Shown: positions 53,848 to 64,000 of the stretch, piece after piece
Layout of the letters: the number at the start of each line of letters is the position of its first letter
How positions within the stretch are numbered: the first letter of the stretch is position 1
Source of the DNA: Paramecium tetraurelia
Lineage: Eukaryota
DNA: 64,000 nt
Direction: 5' to 3'
Assembly (NCBI GenBank): GCA_000165425.1
Contig: CT868024.1
Location: 186,001-250,000, forward strand
Notes under the pieces: generated by a model
The model's database searches: none
What the model saw: only the letters and a program-made list of their open reading frames with translations
Told to the model about the DNA's origin: nothing
Position numbers and translations under genes: made by a program

Positions 53848-56679
53848 ATGAATTTATCAATGGAACAATCATAAGAGATTATTAAGTAATGGTTTAAAGG
53901 ATCCGAAAATATATATAATTACAATGTTTTAACATATCCCTCATATGAATAATAAGTATTTGTATAACACAAAGTAGGCATACATTTTAACCTAACATTA
54001 ATTATATGAATTATGTAGATAAAATCAAAATTAGCAGGATTTATAAAAGAATTTATTTTAATTTAGTGATCAACATAAGGCCATAATATATGTCATGTTT
54101 CTCGCTCCTCAATATTAAAGAAGTGTAAATTTAATTAATTATTTATTTAGCTGTTTGATTTAATGAATATAAATGGGTTTCATAATATTATTGCATTTTA
54201 TTCAGAATTTAGTCACTTCATAAATACCTAATATCATTTATTGAAAGATCATATCAAGTTATAGATATTTGAGATTATGAAGTTTTTCTTGGAAAATCCA
54301 CTTGATTAATTGGAAGAATGCTTCAAAAGCTTCCTAAGAACCTGCATCATCTATCCTCACAACTCCAACTACACTTTTCTATTGGAATTCCTGAACTTTC
54401 TATTTGATCAACACAAACAAATAATAGCCAAACCAAACTTGGCCGCACTATTATTTTACAAATATCTATTGATTTTGAATATCGACGACTATTACAAGAT
54501 ACAACAATTCCCACATAAGAAAATCAATGATCTAATGATTGAAATATGGTAACTCTACTAATAGACGATTTTATCATTTGGCAGAGAGTTGTTGATCAAT
54601 CTCTAAACTCCCTTTCAATATTCAGAGTTCAACATCTCCATGATAAATTTAAATGTAATCAAATAAAATCTACCTATATCCCATTTGATCGCCAATCAGA
54701 CTACCACAACTGCAGCATACAAGGCAAATTACTAATTGGCCTTGCCTTATGAAGTGGAACAAAGAATCGGCTTTGCAATATTTTCATAGATGCCCCTAGA
54801 GAGTATGTCCACCTTTTTGACAATGATATTCGAGAAATACGGATATCATATCAATTTCATAGGAGCAATAGTCAGAAACATTATTTGTGGCTACCAATTC
54901 GATGAAACGGAAATAATCCAAAACAAAATCGCTGATACCTTGCTATTAATATACGAGATCGCCGATCTGTAAGGTGAGAAATGGCCAGTCTTCTTGAAGT
55001 TCATCTATTCAGACATATTCTTTATGACTAAGTAAATGCATACATGATATTTTAAGAGATTTTAAGGACGATCACAACATCTAGGCAGGCTTGTATTTCT
55101 TAAGAAAACTGTACCATAAATAATTATATAATGAATTGCAAGGGGCTTTGTGGTTTATCTTTTAAACTTTCGAAGTTAACGAACAATTGAAAAAGAAGGT
55201 CTAACCACAATTGCTATCATTGAGTTCTCATAACATCTTTTAAAAGCTATTGGAAGATCAAAATATAAGAGAAGCAATCAAGTGCAAAATACACGAGTAC
55301 TTCCTGAAGTTGATCTGTAACCAATATCAAGGTCCTGGAGGATTGAGTTATGATTAGCCCCATACGGCATTATACACAGTTGACGATTTGGATACTCCTC
55401 AAGTATAGTATCTCAATGGCAATACAACAAACATTGATGACTCAATCTTAGATGAATTCTAAGGGAATTCTATATCAAACTAATAAAATGATATTATGTT
55501 GGAAGAGGCCGATGTTGCAAATACGATCTAAATAGATATCACTTTGTAAAAGATACTAGAAAAGGAGAAGCTCGATGCAATATTTTAGAATCCTCAGTTA
55601 GAACAAAATCTAATTCGATTATACAACTTCTTCAACAAGTCCATTTAACCAGATGTGAAACATGTGTTTCTTTAAGAATTGACCAAAATTATTATCAGAC
55701 TGTATGAAGACTAATTCTACGATCTTGATTATGGTATCGCTTTTGTTATTATGTAGAATACCCTTTTAATTGTTTATCCACATTACTGTAGATAAATTTT
55801 AATTAGGACAGTTTATTGTATGACTTAATAAAAAGCTTGGTGTCTTCTGAGTAATTTAGCATTCATTACTTGTTTTTGGTATACTTTGAACGCAAGACAA
55901 AATCAGTGCATCTAGAGAAATTGCTTATGTAATCGCCAGATCAAATAATAAAATCATTTAAAATTATTCAAAGTTTGATTTCAGCTCAAAGAAGTTAAGT
56001 GATTTTTGAAGAAGTTTTATCAAATAACCAATTGAACACAAGCATAGATTTTGTTTTCAATCTTTTAATGATTACCAATATCTAAACCATTTAAAAAGCA
56101 TCAAATAGAATTTAAATTTTGTTCTGTTCTAATTACAGTTCGATTTTGTACTTCTTAAAGAAAATTCCTCAGATTGAAACTCTTTAGCTCTTTGGCTTTG
56201 TGGTGGAGTTAGTTTAGAAGATAATTAAGTATATTTAAATTAATTATGCAGGCTTAATGAAAATCAAAAGGACATGAATATTCTGATCGATCAAATATTT
56301 GTTAATATAGAAAATCCAAGTAAAGCATTTTGGATGGTGTTCACATAGGTGTTTTAATTATTGTTACAATACAAGAGAATATCTGAAGTAATTATAATGT
56401 TATGAAAATATTTAGGAGAATTTAATACAATTTTTTGTGAATTGCTTTGTAAATTCAAATAAATATTGCGAAGGCATTGCAGAAATATTTTTAATGACTC
56501 CAAATACATTGAAAACATTTATTTTCAAGGCGTTGACTAAACATTTGGATAAGACAAAAAACTATGAATCGGTGGAATTCATATTAAAACATTTGATAAA
56601 GGATTAAAAGAATGTCAGTTTTAAAAACTCTCTTCAAAATAATTTAGATAATTATATGAAACAATAAGAAAAAAAATGA
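53848..56679 (+). CDS. Large hypothetical alpha-helical protein (multi-exon)
   Basis: Continuous coding-like sequence from MNLSMEQSQEIIKQWFK to TGA at 56677-56679 with several tiny introns; no domain recognised; exon joins not fully verified. Confidence 0.6.
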
Positions 56680-56751
56680 ATTTTAGTGTTTATTTTTTAT
56701 TCTTTGAGTATATGATGATCGTTATTGATTAATATTATTATTATATTTCTA

Positions 56752-58099
56752 TCAATTTTCCTTCTTTTCTAATTTGTAAAATGATAATTCCTATATATGC
56801 TTATCTTTCAATTCTTCCCATAATTTTTAATACCTTTCCTAATTTGGTTGAGCTATTAAATTAATTTTACTCTAAATGAATCTATTGAAATTTGATTGCT
56901 TATAAAAGTTGGAGTCTGCATTGATCTGCTTCACATCTATAAATCTAGACAATTGCTCAGTACCATCAAGATTACCAAATGATTCAGTTTGACTAAATTT
57001 ATTTTACATACATCTTACTTTAAATTCAATCTAAAAAATAATAGGAGTAGCAATTTAATCAAATAAGTCCGTTAATCATCAGGTTCGTCACTACAATAAG
57101 AATAATTCTAGTTTTTGAAATCTATATCAGGAACAATTTCATTAAACTCTTTGAGGGACTATTGCCAATCTGAAATCTTAACATCTATTCTATTTTTTTG
57201 AGTTGATATTAAAATATTAGAAGGAGAAACGAATTTCATTTTCTTCTAGAATTATTGATTGCCTCCTGAGGATCTCAAATCTGTTTAATCCAAGTATGTT
57301 AATATTTGATGAGCTACTTAGAATTTCTAATCAATGTTGAATTGAGTTGATGCTCTAAATCAATTTTATAAATAAATTACGCAAATGAATAAAGATTGTG
57401 ATCTTCAAGGGTTGAAATAAGATACATCGAACCAATCGGACTAGTTTAATCAGTTTCTTTTAGTGGCTCTACCTTATATGCATGATATTTCTTGTAATAT
57501 TCCCCTTTTTGCTATTGTTTACCAAGATTAATAAGAAAATTGTGAAATTTTTGTAAATTAACTCCGTTCCAGCACTTAATAAAATACATCCCTTTGTCTT
57601 TTAAATGCCCAATAAAGCTGTATGAATTGTAAGGAGTTTATCGTATGATTCTCATATTTCTTATCTCTCCTTCTAATTCTCTGAGAGTGTTGGCAAATTC
57701 AGAACCTCTTTACTTGTAACTTGAGATATTATCATCCAAAAACAAGGGCCCTTTAATCTCATTATTGGGAAATTGAAGATCTATTAATTGTTCCTTCAAT
57801 AGTTAAACTTTTAATTGATCAACTGGTTTTTGATTGTATTGAACTTCTACAGAATCTTGTTGAAGTTTAGCATATTTTTCCTTGAATCCTTCGACTTTAC
57901 TTTCGAAAAGTTTTTGTTATTTAGATCTTGGGCTTTCTATTTGACTAAGTAAAAGGTTGGCCTCTCTGACTTCAACAGGTTTAGTGTTTCCTTAAACATA
58001 AGATTATTCGTTGTTGTTATGAACTACACTTTGATTTTGAATTTAACTTTGCGGAGCCTTAGATACTTCACTCTTTGGTTTTTTAGATGAGCAGCACAT
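56752..58099 (-). CDS. Highly divergent kinase-like (pseudokinase) protein with N-terminal MCC motif
   Basis: MCCSSKKPK...; FVSPSNILIS...DVKISDW resembles subdomains VIb-VII; one frame change near 57500-57560. Confidence 0.55.
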
Positions 58100-58244
58100 T
58101 GTTTATTAAAATGGAATATATATTAATATAATTGACTTTAATTTTTATTTTAAATGTCCTTTTTTAATCTACTCAACAGTATAGTTCTGTTAATAAAAAT
58201 ACATAAATGCCAGATTACATTTTATCATTACAATATACTTATAA

Positions 58245-59970
58245 TCATAACTAGGTTATTAAACAACCTAAAGATGACTTTTTTTGGCTTCGAGCTTCCA
58301 TAATTATTTTTTTAACAGGATAATTATCTTATCGATGTAATTAAAATGAACTTTGTGATTGAGATTTAATGATTTGAACATTATGAAATTCATCTTTCTT
58401 TTCTGAATAATTCTAATTCGGAGTTTTTATAGCATAAGATCGACTTGGAGTAACAGTTCTTGAATTTTTGTAGGAATGAATGTTTAATGATTAATATTAT
58501 TGTTGAAATAGATTGTGTAGAGAATCCTAATTCAAAATTGGAGGTCTTTGAGTTTCAATCTAAGAATTCTAATAAGAGGTCTAAGCTAATAATTTATTCC
58601 TCATTGATTTCAATTTCCTTAAGTAATTATCCTTCTCATCCTTGCCTTCTCTCGACTTAAAAGCAATTCTGTTCTTTTTTCTTGAAGACAGACTTTGAGC
58701 CTATTCATTTTTTCTCAATTACGATTAAAGATTGACTGGCTGATAAAAATAATTTTAGATTTTTTGTTTCAACTATTCTAAGTTAGTATCTGATTCTATC
58801 TCCTCCCTTGCTTACTATTATTGAGGAATGACTTTTGTATTCCTAATGGTTTTCAATAAATTTTAATAAGGATTACAAGATTTTGGTTTGAATTCTGGAA
58901 CAAAAACAGTTTCTGGATTATCAAACTCCTCTGAATTTTCTATTTTTCTTACCTAATCTTATAACTTTTCAATTCTTTCCTTTAATATGAGTTTAGTTTA
59001 TCTTAAATACTTTTTCAATAAAACCGAGTGATAATTGTCTGCTATCTACAAGTATTAGAATAGTGGGACTCTGTAGACTTCACTCACCGTAGTAGAAACA
59101 GCATCAGTAGATCTGCGAATATTGTCTAACTGATTCCTATTTTAGTACCATGACTGATTATCGATAAACTCATAATCTCCAAAACATTGTCCAGTTCCCA
59201 AAGTCACAAGTCCATAATCTTATAATTTCCCTTTTACTTTTATTTTCTATTAAATTAATATTTCCCCACTCTTTACTACATAAAATGATTTATCATTCTG
59301 TCCTTCTTTATACACATACTGATTTCTTAGGATTGTAATTAATTTCAAATGATGTATGATCAATGCCAATGCCAATTCGTTCCATCCATAGAAAATAGCT
59401 GTGGGCTTTAATTGGTAATACTGAACTGCAATTAGATGATCTATCACAGGTTACAAGAAGTTGTAATAGGCCTCATAGCTGATAACGAGAAGTACAGAAT
59501 TGCATGCACATACAACTGTTGCTGTTCTTGGAAGTCTATGATGTAGGCTCACTTCTCCAAAATAATCTCCAGGAACTAATACAGCTGCAGGTTACTTATT
59601 CTCAATAATATTAAATTGTCATACTGATTTCCGTAATCTCATAAGGGAATATATTCAGATTGCCATCCAAAATAAAATACATTTTCCTTCCTACTTCCCC
59701 CATGGTGAAAATTATATCCTTCTCTGAATGCATTTCAACTTGAAACTGTTTCATGAACATACGAAATTTATCTGTGCTTCTCAAGTATCTTTAAATTTTA
59801 GAACAAATTGGAAATATTTTTAGCATCTATTTCTCGAGATATTGCATGTCCTATTCACTTTGGTTCGATAACGCATTCAAAATATTCTTTACAGTGACCT
59901 GATAATTGCCCTCTGCAAATATTTTGGTCATGTTTTTCAGTAGTTAGACTTTCTAAACTGCCTTCTTCAT
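58245..59970 (-). CDS. Tandem cyclic-nucleotide-binding domain protein
   Basis: IIFTMGEVGRKMYFILDG...LVPGDYFGEVSLHHRLPRTATV; VYKEGQNDKSFYVVKSGEI...LGTGQCFGDYEF; start codon uncertain. Confidence 0.85.
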
Positions 59971-60334
59971 CTAAGTATTTATAATTTAAATATAATTAAA
60001 AATAGGTAATTAGGACTTTACTGTTTCTTCTTAATTTTGATCCCACATCTCATTATGCACCTTACACTGTGATAAATCAAACTTAACTAGTTTTTACTTG
60101 AGTTTTATTTCCATTACTTCAGCATTCCTCAGAATTCTACTATGTTTCAAATATAGAATAAGCGACAAGTCCACAAATTTTAGATTTACTTGTTAAATCC
60201 AATTATTATTTCAATATGCATTCTTTAATGAATTATGCAATAATACTCGTGGAGTTAACTCACACATAAATATTTAATTTATTCTATGAGTAAAATGTTT
60301 GAATTTAAAAATAATTAACAGAAAAACATTACAA

Positions 60335-63227
60335 ATGAAGGCCATCCCAAAATAATAGACCTTAATTACAGTTGCTCGTCCTTGCTCCTTGTCTAAAGAG
60401 CTTACGCCAATTTCCATTCATTCTCCTGACCGATAATTGGTGTATGGCTTGAAAACTTAAACATAAGCCAGAGTATAAACTTATGTAGGTTCTCCATTCA
60501 TACAGTCCCCAACTTACGATGCAAATAAACCGCTCATTTCTTCACGTATGCATCTATCATAGTTCTAGCCAACTTGAATGTCCAACCTCAATCCCCAAAA
60601 AAATTGATAGACTCCTATCATTACAAATAGAGGACACTTGACTATAAATCCTCAGGGGCAGAATACAAACCATTTGAAACCACTAAACAACTAATTCCCT
60701 AAATCAACCAACAAGATTTTGCAAAGACCTATCAATTTGATATAAATAAAGAGAATAAGGAAACATATTCTAATACTGATAGAAGAACTCTGAATAACCC
60801 ATTCTTAGAATCAAAAGAAAACATTAAGGTTGGACTTGAATTTCTAAGTATATCTCCAATTTAGGAATTAGCCAATTAGAATACAACTAACATACCTTCA
60901 AAATTAACTTAAACAACCTCAATAAAGTCGAAACTTTAAAATGACATCAACAAGATTTCTAGTTCTTTGAGAGAATTAATAAATTCAATCTAAAAGCAAT
61001 TGGGAACAAGTAATCTAACTGATGTTCTTAATGATAAAATGATAGATGTGCTCTCTAATTTCAGAAAATTGGAAGAAACAATTGTGTCAGATTTCTCAAA
61101 TTAGCAATTGCCTTAGGTGAATAGCTAACATTCAAATGAACAGAAAATCTAATCCTTGACTGAGGATTATAATAAATTGAAGGCCATTCTAGATTAATTA
61201 CAGAACAAAATGGGATCTCTTGTTTAAGAGAATTAGAAGGTATCATCTATTATCCTAGCCTTTTAGTTAAATAAATAATTGATAGATTAAGAGCATTAGG
61301 TTTAAGATGAAAGGAGGAGACTCAAGGATGAGAATCAAAAACTACAATAGAATTAATGTGAATTGAACAGAGTGCTGGGATGTCTGCAACTCAACCAAAA
61401 AGAAAATGAGGAGTTGAGGAATCAGTTATAAAAATTGGAAAAAAACATCAGCGACTCAGTGGTTTGCCGATAATTATTTTAGCAAGATGAATAATCAAAA
61501 GAGTTTCAACTCAAATATTAAAATTTATTAAGAGATTATACTCAATTAGAATCAAAATATAAATAAGTAGTTTAAGAGAGAAACACAAGAGACATGAATA
61601 AATCTCCTTCTGTCTTGAGATCACCATCTGGAACTCCACATCAACAATAGAGTAAGCAGATGGAATAACTTGAATTGAAGATACTTTAATTGCAAATAGA
61701 GAATGATAATTTAAAAGCAGAGATTGCTCATAATTAGGTTGATTCAAGATCGTTAGATTAGAAGAACAATGTGATTGATTAGTTGGAAGAGAAGATAAGA
61801 TCTATATTAAGAGAACGCACAGAATCTGAAGATCACCTTTAATAAATTTGTTATAATTTGGAAAATTAAATTGAGTAGATAAAATCTAATTTAAGTTAGA
61901 AAGAAACAGAATTGAATTAAATGGCTAAACTAAAGAAGGATGTTGAAAGAGACTTCCAATCCTCAGTCAAAAATCATCAAATAGTCCAAAAAGGACTGGA
62001 TGATAAGATCACAAGCATTAAAGCAGATTATGAAAAATTATAAGCTGACTATAAATCTGTAGATTAGAAACGAATTAAGGCTGAAGAAAATTTAAAATCA
62101 TGTGAAAAATCATTAGAATTACAAAAGTAAGAGTCGAATTCTTTGCAAACAGAAAATTTAAAACTTCATGATAAATTGTAACATCAATAAAAGTAATTGG
62201 AATAGTTGAGTCAACAATTGTAACAGTATCAATAATCAACCTAATAATTGCTGAAATAATTGGATAACTTGAAAGAAATTGAGTCTCAATAGAAGTAGGA
62301 TTTGGATCAATTATAATCCTAATTAAGGTAGATCAAATAAGATGCTAAGAATTAGATCAACGATTTAAATTAAGCTTTAGCATTATCATTGACAAAAACA
62401 AAAGAGAAGGAAAAATAAAACATTGATCTTGTTGAAGAGATGAGTGCTTTGAAGGATCAATATGAAGTGTAAAAGAAGATACAATTAGAACACATCAATG
62501 AATTAGAGAGAAAACTAAAGAGTCTAAGATCTTAATTGGAGGAAACAATAGAGAATAAGGAAAATGAAATTAATGATTTAAAGCTTCACATGGAACAATA
62601 ACTAAAGTTGATGGATTAAAGGAATACTAATTCTTATTTTGATTTTGAAGAAAGAGAATAATAGTGGATCTAAGATCTTCAATAGAAAACAGAAATCATT
62701 GAAACATTAAAAGGGGAGTTGGAAAAGACTAGGAGCATCAACTATAATATTCAAGAGGATGCACTTAAGAACAACATTTAAAATACATAGTTGAATGTTA
62801 CAATTAATAATCTGAAAGGTGAATTAAATCAAGCCAAATAAGAGTAAGCTCATTTGATTGACATGCTAAAAAAAAGAAAGGAAGAAGCTGAACAATTACA
62901 TTTAGGATTGGAAGAGGCAAGAAAGGAAGCTTAAGCAAAAAAGAATATTGCTGAAGATAATAGAAGTATATAGTTGATAATATTTTAGGGACATTGCTTA
63001 GGTAATAGGATTTATAGGCATCATTGGAAAATTTGTAGAGAGATAATTTAGTTTTGACTTAGAAGGTCAATTCTTTGAATAATGAACTCTCAAGGAAATA
63101 AAGGGAGCATTAAGAAAAGTCTGAGGAATACACCATTCTTAGAAGGAAATATGATGAGACAGTCTAAAATTTAGAGAGATTGGAAAAGAGATGGGGAGAT
63201 AAAATAGAATAACATAGAAAAAATTGA
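60335..63227 (+). CDS. Long coiled-coil protein with P/Q/T-rich N-terminus
   Basis: MKAIPKQQTLITVARPCSLSKELTP..., then extensive Q/E/K/L heptad sequence to TGA at 63225-63227; contains introns or indels. Confidence 0.75.
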
Positions 63228-63390
63228 TTAGTTAAATTATTTAAATTAATAAATAATCATTTTACTAATAATTCTGCAAACTATCAATAAATTAATCTAA
63301 TTAATTGGATTACATTTTATTAGATAATTTATATAAATTCTGTTTTAGTGCTATTATAATACAGTTAATAAATTGTAATAAATATAAATA

Positions 63391-64000
63391 ATGCTGAGCC
63401 CAATAGAAGTTTTTCAGTAAATGGTGAAATCTGACACCTAGTATCATATATGATTCATATTCGTAAGATTTGTCAATAATTCAACATTAAGTTCATTTAA
63501 TACTTTCAAATAAAGATTATCAAGTTTGGGATTTAGTTCGCGAAGCAACAGCAGTTTCATAAGTGAAACATTAGCCACTACGACAACAACTTAATCTTCG
63601 CATTTTAACTATTAGAGCAATTAGACTTTGAATAAAATCGATGAATGGTAAAGAAGGCAAGACTAGTTGGTTTAATAATTGGCCTAATCAAAATCAAAGA
63701 ATATGTACATTCCAAATTATCCACCAAAATAATCATTCGATTTGAGATCAAGATTTGAGCAGCATAATGCCTAATCACTTTAAATAAATATATCCTTGGA
63801 TAATAAATTCCAGAGATCCCCATCATTAATTGCCCATATGCTGGATTCATAAATTATTTCTGATTTAAGTGAGCATCCAATAAGCAAATCTAAAACCAAA
63901 GATGATGAATAGAAGAAGAAATCAAACCTCAAAACATCAGCACAAAAAACTGTTGAAAAAAAATCCGTAAAAATTGAGGAGAAGCGAAAATCACAATCAG
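63391..64000 (+). CDS. Hypothetical protein, 5' part (runs off the window)
   Basis: MLSPIEVFQQMVKSDT, 27-nt intron at 63441-63467, then TGA-free to the end of the window. Confidence 0.65.

Noticed and set aside
778..63850. Most ORFs in the supplied six-frame track taken as independent short genes
   Set aside because: They were computed with TAA/TAG as stops; they are fragments of longer code-6 genes or antisense/off-frame shadows of them
1..64000. Retained IESs, transposons, telomeric repeats, tRNA/rRNA or CRISPR arrays
   Set aside because: No TA-bounded insertion interrupting a conserved gene, no transposase or reverse transcriptase motifs, no G3T3/G4T2 arrays, and no tRNA cloverleaf or repeat-spacer array seen; IESs in intergenic DNA could not be detected by eye

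Overview
AT-rich, very gene-dense eukaryotic DNA from a ciliate macronuclear chromosome, most likely Paramecium (aurelia complex). TAA/TAG read as Gln, TGA is the only stop, and introns are tiny (about 22-28 nt, GT..AG). The supplied standard-code ORF track therefore shows only fragments, so I re-translated by hand with code 6. About 24 genes are supportable: a SHIPPO/PGP-repeat protein, a PHO80-like cyclin, casein kinase 1, an EamA transporter, two paralogous Myb factors, a TFIIB-like cyclin-fold protein, a Dicer with an intact DECH helicase but degenerate RNase III sites, an ELM2-like protein, NOP16, two pseudokinases, a 13-kb inner-arm dynein heavy chain, GNL3/NUG1, NPL4, an IP3R/RyR-type Ca2+-release channel with an N-terminal UBR-like zinc finger, a RAD51 paralog head-to-head with a PARP, a cNMP-binding protein and several hypothetical or coiled-coil proteins. 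Two intergenic segments fold like H/ACA snoRNAs. Several +1 indels interrupt conserved genes and look like assembly errors. All calls come from manual translation and motif recognition; no database search was run.
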